A DNA stretch of 62,151 bases, filler included, from Globobulimina sp. (taxonomy: Eukaryota): assembly GCA_003354225.1 (NCBI GenBank). It is 11 parts of 11 records of this genome, joined end to end, with 100 filler letters (N's around TTAATTAATTAA, not from the genome) between each part and the next. Parts side by side here need not be neighbours in the genome. Positions count along the whole stretch, not along the records: positions 17,006 to 22,569 come from PIVH01000510.1; positions 22,670 to 28,231 come from PIVH01000511.1; positions 28,332 to 33,889 come from PIVH01000512.1; 8 more parts are not named here. One strand, written 5' to 3'. The position numbers were made by a program, and so were the translations under genes. Below are positions 21,713 to 33,989 of this stretch, piece after piece (the stretch's first letter is position 1; every line of letters starts with the position of its first letter). The notes under the pieces were generated by a model. It was not told where the DNA came from. It saw only the letters and a list, made by a program, of their open reading frames with translations, and searched no databases.

Positions 21713-22561
21713 ATGGCAAATTCAAAAATGGTTGGAACACGCTTTCAATGTCTAATTGTCTGCTTGATTGTGATCGTAGCTTTATATTACATTTTAGATG
21801 CACACATAGCGTCGATGTTAGACGATCCATCAGCAACATTGATACAATCCGCAGCATTGCAGTCCTATGTTGTAGGTTGTGATGATAATAAGAATAATAA
21901 CAGTCGCCAGCACAATCCGCGCCAACTATATTTTGCAAACGAGTTAGCACTCCACACGGAACTAATTGGATATTCCTATGCAAACCAACTGGAAATACGA
22001 CAATCAAATTTTAAAAAGGAAATGGAATCATTTACAGCCATTGGGAGAGATCTATTGGATGGAAATATAAATCAATTCAAACACATTTCGCGATATTATG
22101 TCCATCCATCAAAATACCATGAATACACACGTGAGTATATGTTGCATAAATGGATAAATGAGCATAAAAACCATATTAACCCCACAGAACTAATTGGTGC
22201 CCATCCAGCATGTCCTAAATGGGACAAAAACAATGCTATAACTACCTATGAAATACATTTCAGTCATAATTGTTGCAAAAAATATGGCCCAGCACATAGA
22301 TTAACGGCAAAGGAAACCGGCAATTTTGATTATGTCTTCCATTACCAATATGAGAATATTTCAGCAGCGTTTCAAGCAAAAAACGAGGCGATTATGTCAT
22401 ATTGGCGTGGCGCGGGATATTGGTTATGGAAACCATGGATGATATTAAATACAATGCTAAATATCGGCACTCAATGTGATATTATATGTTATTGCGATAC
22501 TGGCTCATGGTGGAATAATACGGCAATCCCTTTATTTGAGTTAGCATCAAAAAGATTATAA
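21713..22561 (+). CDS. Putative type II membrane glycosyltransferase-like protein (probably incomplete)
   Basis: N-terminal TM; RGAGYWLWKP..I and DIICYCDTG motifs; ends at the contig end. Confidence 0.62.
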   Translation: MANSKMVGTRFQCLIVCLIVIVALYYILDAHIASMLDDPSATLIQSAALQSYVVGCDDNKNNNSRQHNPRQLYFANELALHTELIGYSYANQLEIRQSNFKKEMESFTAIGRDLLDGNINQFKHISRYYVHPSKYHEYTREYMLHKWINEHKNHINPTELIGAHPACPKWDKNNAITTYEIHFSHNCCKKYGPAHRLTAKETGNFDYVFHYQYENISAAFQAKNEAIMSYWRGAGYWLWKPWMILNTMLNIGTQCDIICYCDTGSWWNNTAIPLFELASKRL

Positions 22562-22669
22562 TTTTAATTNNNNNNNNNNNNNNNNNNNNNNNNNNNNNNN
22601 NNNNNNNNNNNNNTTAATTAATTAANNNNNNNNNNNNNNNNNNNNNNNNNNNNNNNNNNNNNNNNNNNN

Positions 22670-23102
22670 AAATATTTTATTGATTTTAAGTGCGGCCATT
22701 TCAATCTGTCTCATTTTATCACTATTTATTCGGTCCACGCTTTGCGGATATTCTTTATTTAACACATTTACATTTACCTCCATTTTATGCAATGATTCAA
22801 GGTTTTCTTCCATTTTATCATGTACTTTTTGCTCATTCTCAGAGATTATTACTTTGATGATTGAAGGAGTTAATTTTTGCATTGCAGCAACAGCCACAGA
22901 TATTAATAATGGATGATTTACAATTAATTGAGGATCGGACATAAAATCTTTAAATGATGACGATTGTGTTGATAATGTCTCAGGATTTACCATCTGATGC
23001 TTGATAAATATATGTTTAATATCATTTAAACGATTCTCATTAACCCAGCCATCGAAATTAAATTCTTTTTCACCTTCATTTACTGTCTCATCCACATAAC
23101 TC
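22670..23102 (-). CDS. Hypothetical coiled-coil protein, 3'-truncated
   Basis: Open frame running into the spacer. Confidence 0.5.
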
Positions 23103-23263
23103 ATTGCAATTGTTATATTTGTTAACAACTCAACCAAGAGTTTTGATACATAACTCAGCCCCACCCCCCTTTCAGTTGTATACATATCTATAAATATGAA
23201 GTTTGTATATGAAAATGGGCCGGGTCAATTATTGAATATTAAAACATTTCAAGCGAAACTATG

Positions 23264-24456
23264 TCAAGCTCTTAGACACTGTTTTGAATGAATCAATTTC
23301 CAATCCTTTTTTTGATGAGATCTGCAACAATAATTTACCAACTTACACCCTTTACATTTATATAATTTATTCATTTTCGAAATTCCCCGTACACACTGAA
23401 GCCATGCACATTTTTTCCATGCTTTCGAAGACGGCAATTCGGCAAATTCTAACACCTTCATATCAACACAAACCATTTTAAGCATAACTATTGTTCCGTA
23501 TTTTGTATCCACTCTTGCAGACCGTGCATATTTTCCATATCGTTTTACTAATTTATTTGATGAATCCAACAGTAATTTACTAAATTTATTCCATGTTAAA
23601 CAATTATCCTTATTCCTAGATATGACATAGAAACAAAACCGAAGCAATTGTGTTATTCTTATTAGCGGCGACCAGTCATGTTTGCCAAAGCTATGCAACA
23701 CTCCATACTCCAAATAATGTATAATTGAGCCTACAATGCCCTGTTTGAGTAAATATTGAATATGTTTTAGTTTCAAGCAATACTTGCTTTGATCTAATAT
23801 ATATGTTATATGTTGCAATAATTCCGTGTCATGGAAGCGATGATAGTTCAGCAGTGACATATTGATGTAAACTAAAAACGGTTTGTATAATCTCCGTTTG
23901 TTGAATATATATTTGATCATCAATACGTTGTTAAATATTGCTTTGATTATTTCACAAAAATTGGAATATGGAATAAACGATGAATCTGAGCATTTTTGTG
24001 GATATTCAAAGTTGAGATATTTCCATAAATTGTTTAATTTATTGAATGGATAAAAATATCATAGCATAAAATATCGAGCAGTTTTGATCCTATGCAATCT
24101 TTGTATGCTGTTGGTATGTCACTCGATAATGATATTCTTTCGTTTCTTTTGAATGTCTGTAATATTTGTTGACAAATCATCAGTCGAACATTGCATGTTG
24201 AGGTCAATACAGATATATTATATTCGAATTGCAAACACGACTCAATTGTGCTGATACAAAGACATTTGCTTTGAGAAGAAATGGTCCTGACAATAAGAAC
24301 TTGTTCGAATGCTTTATTTTTGATTGCCTTGGAAATCATCTGTCCGTACTCACAGACAGTCAAGTTTGAAGTGAGTTTTTTTTTGATTAAAACTTTTAAC
24401 GACCATGGTATGGTTTCAATCAGGTGGACACACATAATCAGGATGGTCCATAACAA
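23264..24456 (-). CDS. MYND zinc-finger protein (5' part interrupted, possibly a pseudogene)
   Basis: CAWLQC..CKGCKLVNYCCRSHQKKDWKLIHSKQC; upstream ORF 24034-24456 is separated by stops/frame changes. Confidence 0.75.
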
Positions 24457-24675
24457 TAGAAATTATTCAAAGCAATATGCATCGACAAACGGTATACATA
24501 AAAACGATGAGATATGTACAAAGTCTGATTTTGTTTGTGACTGCAATTAATGTATGAGAACAACCCAACACCTACATAATTATTGAAAATATTACAAGAA
24601 AAAAGTAAAATATAAGATATAAGATAGAAAAAAGTAAAATATAATCTACAGTTAATGTGTATGTTGCGTTTGAAT

Positions 24676-27600
24676 TCAACCAATAAATATTTTCTTTGAA
24701 TCAACCATTTCAATCATTTCTTCATCGATAACGTCATCATCCTCTTCCTCATCACCATCACCATCCACATTTTCATTGATTGTGTCCAAGTCAATGTCAT
24801 CATCACTGTCAACCTCAACATCACTTGTCAATAATTTAAGTTTTCCCGCAGTTTGGTCCAACTTTAAAAATAACCGATCATTACAAAAATATCCAATAAT
24901 ATCAAGTGGTCTGTTTCTATTTGCAATCATTAAATATGCAGATTTCCGATCATTATCAACATTTTCATAATCATCAAATGATACTTCTTTGCGGAGATTG
25001 ATATCATTTTTATTTCGACGGCAACATTTCATACATAATAAATAGACATTTTTCGGGGATAATCTCATCCGCAAATTCCAAGTAAACAAATGAAGTTTGA
25101 TCCAGGTAATAATATAAATTCTTAGTGGCTGCCACACAAAAATGGATAATATCAATGCCTGAAAACACGATAATATCCATTTTGCAGATTCTGTGGTGAC
25201 AATATAATCATTCTCAAAATGCCTAAATATATCATTTCTATTTTGTGATATTTGGCGATCTGTTAAATATGATTCAATTTCTTCTTTCTTACTGTTCGCA
25301 AATACACAGTTTACATCATTCTCGCCATCATATTGAGTCTGTGCTTTATTTGGATTTTTTACAATATCATAATCTAAATCAAATTGAATGCCATAACTTA
25401 TTGCAATGACACAAACCATAAATGTCCAAATTATTAATATGGTCCAAGCAATGCATTTGCATTTATGAGGCAATGGATACACCGAATGGAACAAAGTAAT
25501 CCTCACATCCTCCACCAACTTAATTTGTTTTGGTTTATCTTTGCTTTTTTTCAATTCGCCAAATAAATCATTCACCGTCGATATTGGTGTGCTCATTCTT
25601 TGTTTTTTGATGCTTTCCATTGAATGTTTGTAAGACAATGCGGTGCTGAGACTAGGCACCGCAGCGTGATGTGGTCGAGCCATATCTGCAAATTCTTCAT
25701 CATCCTCTTCCATCCCTTCATAGTCATAGTCATCATCCACAATATCCATATTATCCCTTTCTTCATCGACAAACATTGTCCTTTCTACAATTTGCGGTTT
25801 TGAGTTTACAAAAATTTGTTTAATAATCAAAACGGGCATCGATGCAAATAATGAGACTAAAAAACTCGCAGTGGCATCAGACATCGTATTATGTTGTTTG
25901 ACGCCGTAAAAAGCCGCAGTCGCAACCATTATATTACAAAGATACATAAACAAACATCCCAAACGTTGCTGAGTGCTGAAATTAGTGCCCGATGTCCGTT
26001 GGAATGCGGATAAGAGACTGTGATCATTGCGCAAATATATTGAAAATAAGCTGAGCTGCAACAAACATAATGATTTTGCTGCGGTGTTCAAATAATTGTC
26101 ATCATTGCCGCGGATTATTTTTTTCATTCCAAAGCCTAAGAAAGTGGCATTCGGTAAGTATTTCTCAATGTATTTGATCTCAAAGCCGGCGGCATCTTTT
26201 TTAATGCGCGAATCTCGAATGTCCGCAAATATTATATCTTCGAAGGCCAATATTGATCGGTCTTTGTGTTGCAACTCTTCTTTTCTTTTATATTTAATCT
26301 GATTGAACGCCAAACAAATAAACATAAACACCGTAAATAATAACCACAAACTTATCCAAACCGTTGGGAATGCCGTCAAATTTGCGATTGTAAAATCTCT
26401 CCAATGCCATTCTGTGATTAAGTTTGCTTTTGGAGAGAAGGAATCCGTGGATATTCGAAATGAGCTCAAATGGATACAGCCGCATGTCACATAATTACCA
26501 CTCAAACTAAAATTATACACAAAACAGCCATAATCATCCCATCCTGAGACATTCCAAAAGTTACAGCCAGGAAATGCACTCTTTTCATTTAAATTATAAG
26601 ACACTTCAAACAAATCGGAGTAAGTGCTGTTTTTCAAATTTATTGTAATTAAATAAGGATCGCAGTGGTTCACCGCAACTGATTCAGATTTGGTTGCTCC
26701 CTCTTTGTAGATTTCGACACCAATAATATTTGACGACGGTTCATATGCAATTAACTGCGGAGAAGGAACAAAATTATCACTCGACGACGATAGGAATACA
26801 CAGTCAAACAATTGGTTATTTTCATTGTTTTCATAAAATGATTTTGGTAAAATAAGCTCTTCATTTTGAAAACCGCATTTTTGTTGAAACGTATTGTTAT
26901 AATAAGTATTTTTAAACTTTATCGCTTTCACAATTTTATTATGTCTGGATTTATATTGGAATAATTCGCCAGGAAATGAATGGGTTAATGCCAAATGAGA
27001 TTCATATAAACAAAAATCTATTAATTGCTCAGCAAATAAATTTGTAACATTTGTGGGACTCGTCAATATTCCCGAATTTGTCAAAATAATTTCGATATTT
27101 TCAATTAAAATCTGTGAGGAGATGGAGATGGAAAATAAATCAGTTTGAATGTCTTTGTTTGTGCTGTCTTTGCTGTAATTTGTAATAAGGCCATCAATTA
27201 TTTCTTGCAAATAGTTAGTAACTAACATATGCACCGTATTTGAATCAACAATGAATGGATTGGATATTATCGTTGATATTGTGGTTAATTCGGAAGTTAA
27301 AACCTCTCCAAATATTATATCACTGTAATTGTGCATCGGTGCGGTATCAAAAATATTGTCAATGAGATCTTCAATTATTACGGATAATGTATTTGCATCA
27401 AATTTGCTTTCTTGATATAAACCAGTTATGACAGAATATAATGCGATGGCAACATCATTGGAATATGTCTCATTCATCATATTATATATTTCATTTATTA
27501 ATATATTTTCATTGTTGTTGTTGTTTCCAAATATTTCTTTTATCGACGGAAACGACACAGGAAAGCCATAACAAGTCAGTGCAGACCAACTATCCTTTAC

Positions 27601-28231
27601 TAATGCAATGATTTCAACATCACCCACACCGACAATGCCATTTATTGCAGAAGCATCGCTCACAAACATTGAAGACATTGCCACGTTGGAAAATAATGCG
27701 TTATATGTTAATGACTCATTGCCACTCCATCCAGAACATTGTAAATTAAATTTGTCGAATACAATAAATTCATTATCTTCCGCAAAAATGTTACATTTTC
27801 CTCCCGATGGCAATTTTCGTGTTGTTACTGAAATAACATCAGATTCAAACATATTATCCAATAAATTTATGCCAATTTGAAATTTATATGCATTTTCTGG
27901 TTGTAATAAATGCGTTGTTGACGCATTTTTATTGACGCAGTATCCACTGTTTTCAGTTCTGATTGAAGTGATTATCAAATACGATTCAAATATGTCATAT
28001 TCATCGCCATCAACACCCACATATTTACCAACTTTGTCATTATATATTGTCACCAAAGAATTTGAATAATAATCGTTTAATAATATAAATTCATCATTGT
28101 CGTCACTTAAGTCTTTAAGAAACCATTTAAAACATTCAAAACATACTTGATCCAAATTGAATATTTTCTGAATATAAATAGTTACCGAAGCTTCAAATCT
28201 TGCAAATGCATCGCCAATAATTTGATTATTG
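24676..28231 (-). CDS. Polycystin-1-like REJ/GAIN-GPS multi-pass membrane protein, 5'-truncated
   Basis: REJ-like P.GGKC..F.LQCSGW; GPS motif CNFWNVSGWDDYGC..VTCGCIHLSSF; TM region with H.LLS..R..F...QRL.C. Confidence 0.85.
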
Positions 28232-28331
28232 NNNNNNNNNNNNNNNNNNNNNNNNNNNNNNNNNNNNNNNNNNNNTTAATTAATTAANNNNNNNNNNNNN
28301 NNNNNNNNNNNNNNNNNNNNNNNNNNNNNNN

Positions 28332-29953
28332 TAAGAATCCATTAACAATAAATGGCACTGTTCCAATATCCTCTGAATTAATGGCAAGAATGTTTGTAAA
28401 TCAATATCGACATCAATACCAGCAAAAGGATCAATTGTGTTCGAATTGACAGTATCCTCATTTATATTCATTTGCAAATATTCATTTTTCTTTTTTCTAT
28501 TTGTTACTGTGCGAACAAAATTAATTGCACTCCCTACACTTAAACGTTCAGATTGAGCAGTTTGAATATCTGCAGATTTTTGTGTCGAAGTCTGTGTTTG
28601 TCTCGTTATTTTAGTTGATATTCTTCGCCCAAATTGTTGTATTGACAGCATTCGATTATTTTGAGGAGCAGTAAACATCAATGGTCTGATTGCTTCAATC
28701 CATTTAGAACGTACTTGAGCTGATAAGTTTAATTGCAAATTACACCCTGAAACAATATATTTATGGTATAATGCTATTATTTTGTTAGATACTTTAGCAT
28801 ATGTTTCATGGTCAAATATTATATCCGATTTTGGTAATTCCTCCACATTTTCAAATTTATATTCAATCAGTAATCCTAAATGCAGTTCCAAATTACTTTT
28901 GTTTTCTTTTTGTGAATGCAGCAACAATGCACGAAATAACTGTGCGAATTCAATAAATCCAACCATATTTTCAATGCTCCATTCTTTTGTTAAATGTAAG
29001 CAAAATAAGGTAAATTGTGCCTCTTCATTCATTGTTTTGAAATACTTTCTCATGACAGTATTTGCTGAATATTTGGTCACATCTCTGAAATTAATGGAAT
29101 ATTTGTTTTGCGTATGACTGGTTAATGATATTTGAATGGGTTTCTCGCCCAATAATTTACATTTCTTGAGCACCACAACAGTCTGAATAATCGTAAAAAA
29201 TAAGCCATACCAAACACCGACAGAATCCTCAGCCAAATCTGTATACCATTTATCGTCAAAATTAAAAGCGGATGTTATTGTTAGAATGGCTATGATAACA
29301 AACGACAGAATCACTACAGCATTCAATTCATATCGCATAAAAAAGATGTCATTCTCTTTGGAGGTTTTGCACATTAAATAGATGCTGAATATGAGTACCG
29401 GTGCTCCAGCTGAGAGCTGATAAAATTGGGAAATTGTATTGGATAAAGTTGCATAGATTGCAACATGAACTATGACTACAATCATATACAAGATAGTAAC
29501 TCTGATTGCAACCCATCTGTGATTACCTAATCGATGAATATTTTTTAGGTACCAACTATTTCCCCATTTATTTTTATTTATTATTGCTTTCCATTGTTTT
29601 TGTTCAATGGATAAACTAAAATTGGTTTTATAGTGAAGGAACCAGATACGAAATGCAAAAAAATATACAATGAAATAAAAAAATATGGCCCATGTTAAGG
29701 TAGCTGAAGCAAATAGAACGATATGATCGGTGTATTGCAATAAGTTTACAAATGCAGTTAGCGGTCTGTTGATGACAACAATGCCTAATACAGCAATTTC
29801 TGTGGCGAGACTGGCTTTCCATAATCTGTTTGATACAGCGGGATGATATCGGTATTGATATAATCGATAACAACAATACACGATGGATGGTGTAATAATT
29901 AGCCATAAGATTGCAATATATGACCAAGAAAAGATTACACGGTACAAATCCAT
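28332..29953 (-). CDS. 7TM-RGS (regulator of G-protein signalling) protein, 3'-truncated
   Basis: Seven TM helices followed by an RGS box: F.LHL.KEWSIENM.GF.E, YHKYI..LQLNLS..R. Confidence 0.85.
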
Positions 29954-29987
29954 TGTTTAGAGAACTAGATCACTTCGAAAAAGTTTT

Positions 29988-30048
29988 GAGCATTTAGGTC
30001 TGGTGGCTGATAAAGGTAAAAATTATGACGTGGAAACAGGATGCTCTT
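29988..30048. mobile_element. Short degenerate relative of the MITE-like element at 59545-59691
   Basis: gagcat...atgctc ends; 29999-30023 matches 59603-59627 at 24 of 25 nt. Confidence 0.55.
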
Positions 30049-30836
30049 TGGATGGATGATATTTGCATATGTTTATTTTTGCATGTTGCCATATACAAAT
30101 TAATTTAATTTGGTTGAAAAAGAGTGTCACTTATCTAAATATAATAAGCATATTAAAACTACAACACATTTATAGCATGTATACGAATTGGTGGCAATGG
30201 AAATAAATATACGAATTGGAAAGTATTCTAACAATATTTATCTTTTAATAGACAATTTACGACCATTCCTTTTATCATTTATACCTAAGCTTATCATAAA
30301 AATTACTTTAATTAAATAATACCTAAGCTTATCATAATAATTTAAACAATCCAAAATATACTGTCTACTAAAAAAACAGATTATTGACAAAATTATTTAC
30401 AAACCAAGCCACAATTAAGTAATTATAACATTTATATTTAAAATTATTTACGATATAACTACATGAATTAAACGCGTTTCCGCTATGATCTCAATCTATG
30501 CACATTTTTGTTGCAACGGACATTTGAAAATATTGGCCGATGATTATAAACCAATGTAGCATTAAAACATTTATCCGCAATAATAAAATTAAAATGCAAT
30601 CTTTTAACATTTTGCTGTGCTGCACAAGAATATCTTTTATCATTTGCAATCCGGATATTTTTTTCATCCATTTTTTTGGCGGAATGAATCCCAGAACATA
30701 CAGCGATACTCATTTTGTCAATAGCTGATTATTTCAAACTAATTACGTTTTCGCCCAGACGAACTCGAAAGTGTTATCCAACCATTAAAAAGCAAAAATT
30801 ACTAAATCTTTTTTTACTAAATCTTTTTGTTGAGTC

Positions 30837-32254
30837 ATGGCGCTGCGTAAAACTGCTTCAACGAGAGACATCACCAAAAGAGATGTAGTCGATCCAAAAA
30901 GGTATACTATTTATACTTTCCATGACGACTTACAATAACAAAAAAAAAGGAAACTCGAAGCCAAAATGTGGATTCAAACTGTATTAGGAACAGTATTCGA
31001 TGGTGATTTATTTGACGAATTGCATGATGGCACAGTTCTGTGTCAAGTATTAAATGAAATACAACCTGGAACCTGCGCGAAATTTAAAAAATCAAAAATC
31101 GCATTTGGTACATATCCCCATCCACATTCCACGAATACGTATACCTTCACATAAATACAAAATACATAAAAACAGTTTGCAGGAATAATATTTCGATTTT
31201 TATCAAAGGGGCGCGCAGATTGGGCGTACCAGAAACGGATATATTCGAAACACGCGATTTATTTGACAAACAACGCTTATCTGCCTGTGTACAAACAGTA
31301 TATGCCGTATCAGCTAAATCGCGCAAATTAGGCTTTCCAGGGCCATTTATCGGTGTTTCCTATGCAGATGCCAATAAACGACATTTCACCAAGGCACAAT
31401 TAGCGAAATCAAAGAGTGCCGTTCCATTACTAACCGGCGGCGATCTAGCAAGTCATAGCCGAGCCTCCTCTCTCGATAGTTATGGCATTATAAAAACAGA
31501 CAAAGCAATGCAAAGTCCATCCGCTGTGCAGTCGACCTGGTCCAAAGGCTCCATCAATGTCAGCAGATCTCGTATGGATTCGTATGGTATCGTTAAAACG
31601 CAGAAAAATATGCAAACTCATTCTAATGTGCAGAGTGTATGGGAGCTCGGGGCAAAAAATGTTGATACTACTACAGGTATTTTGATTAAATATGTAATTC
31701 CACACAACTGACGTTATTACCTTCACTGTTTCACACAAGATATGGACTCGTATGGCATTGTGAAAACGAATAAGGATATGCAGAATCCGTCGGTGGTGCA
31801 AAGTGTATGGCACACTGGCTCGAACCAGACAGATTCCTCTGGGAAGCAGGACGCCTATGGCATTATTAAAACGACGGAGAAGGCCTCGTCTTTGAATGTG
31901 TTGGGTGTCTGGCAACAGGGCGCCAAAGCTGTGGATAGCAAAAGTATGGATGGATATGGCATCATTAAAACGAATAAGGATATGCAGAATCCATCACAGG
32001 TTCAGAGTGTATGGGAAAAGGGATCATTGACAGTTGACTCAGGGACTGGACAGGATTCATATGGCATTGTTAAGACACAGGACGGAGCTCATTCTGGTGT
32101 GCAGAGTGTATGGGAGAAGGGTGCCAATGAAATTGATACGACTGTGCAGGATTCGTATGGTATTGTCAAGACAAAGGATGAATCGAATGTAGATTCGAAA
32201 GAGGAAAGTGTTGGCGTCGAGGGAAGTGACGGCGAATCTGATAATGATGATTAA
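30837..32254 (+). CDS. Calponin/transgelin-like protein: CH domain + 7 tandem D[S/A/G]YGI[I/V]KT repeats, 3 introns
   Basis: EAKMWI..LHDGTVLCQVLNEIQPG, NNISIF..LGVPETDIFETRDLF; introns 30902-30949, ~31108-31175 and ~31677-31739 join in frame. Confidence 0.88.
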
Positions 32255-32381
32255 GTTACATCGTGTAACGGTGTTCAGATATTAATTAATTATATATCTG
32301 ATATACAAGTAATCTTTTTTGAAGACTTTTCTTGTATTAGTATTGTTGAGTTTAATTTATATATACTAATTAAGCATAAAT

Positions 32382-33585
32382 TCAAAATTGATCGACACCT
32401 TCAAACGATTGATTAAAACAAACTAAAACAACAACTGGCATTACTGTGGCAAATATTCGTATGACCCATTTAACACAGCCAACCTCTGTCACACTTGCAC
32501 ATCTTAAAATACATTGGCCAATTTTATCAATACCACTACGTTCATATCCAACGTTTTTCCGAGCTTCAAATTTTGCTCTCATCCACATATCAAATTCATC
32601 TTTTAACCATACTTCAACAAATTCATAATCCACTCTATTCACCATCATATCGTCCAGTTCAATTAGAAAATATACAGCAATGGAATTTAAAATCATATCC
32701 AATGGATTTGTCGCAAGAAATATAACTACAATTGATACTATCCAAGAAACCATCAATACAAATATATTAATAAATATCCCCGTTGATAACCAAAATTTAT
32801 TAAAAAACTATATTATATTAAATTGCATGGGAAAAACATAGGATTATAAACAAATCAGTGAAATCATACCGGGGGAAGATTTCTCTTGAACCGATACACG
32901 CCTTGACGTGATATTTCAGCCAATTGGTCGTTTAATGTAAGGGATATAAAGCCGGTGAATGAAAATGCCATAAAGGCCAACCAACCAAAGTCATGCAAGT
33001 CACAAATCTTACTGTCAGGTGCAAACCCTACAGTTAATTGATTATATGCTAAAAAAATAGCACCTGCCGTTTGGATAAAAAATACCATGGCTGTTTTGTA
33101 ATAATTTATCACTTGAGCTCTAACATTATTTATTCCAGCATAGAAACTGTTCATTTGATAAACATCCAAATTTTCTTGAGCGCTGCACCAGTCTTTAAGC
33201 TCATCAATAATGTCATCGTATTGATGCGACCATGATTCGTAATCATCAACATCTAACAGTAAAACAAAAGATATATATGTTTCATTATTAATATTACAAA
33301 TTGAATACTGAATAGAATAGATTCAATATTAAATATATCTGAAAACATTGGGATATTATATCGTTTTTATGTTTCTAGGCCTAGGTTCAAAACTTCAAAT
33401 CAATTAACATTAATATCACCAATATATCTTTTTTCTATACTAGATGTACCTGCTTTTAATGGAATTTCCAATGATACAGTACTCTTCTGACTTGAATACA
33501 ATTGTAGTCTGGATTTTGGACTCTTCATTTTATGCATCTCAGTATTTCCATAAGAATCCATTGGTAAGCTGCCGAAACAAAGCAA
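32382..33585 (-). CDS. Multi-exon multi-pass membrane protein of unknown function
   Basis: Collinear minus-strand ORFs with TM segments and ILNSIAVYFLIELDD. Confidence 0.6.
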
Positions 33586-33654
33586 AAATCCTTTTTTCGT
33601 CGGACTGAATGAACTCCTGAAGCTACTAATTTCTAAAGTCAGCTTATTTCACCT

Positions 33655-33889
33655 ATGGATTTCGTTGCTATCAACTTTCCGAGTGGGTGGAAATCACACG
33701 AAGCAGCCGAACAAATGGCAAGTGATATGTGCACGCTGCGAACCGCCTATTATTCTACATACGAATCCAAAAAAGAATTTGCCTCAATCATTGAAAAAGA
33801 GAAAACAGCAAAATGTTTACATGAATGTCTCGGTATGTTTCACTTCAACTCATTATTGACTTAATATGCATATTATTTTCAGAGAATTT
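33655..33889 (+). CDS. 5' fragment of a hypothetical gene
   Basis: ATG ORF followed by a gtatgt..tttcag intron-like segment, then the spacer. Confidence 0.4.
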
Positions 33890-33989
33890 NNNNNNNNNNN
33901 NNNNNNNNNNNNNNNNNNNNNNNNNNNNNNNNNTTAATTAATTAANNNNNNNNNNNNNNNNNNNNNNNNNNNNNNNNNNNNNNNNNNNN

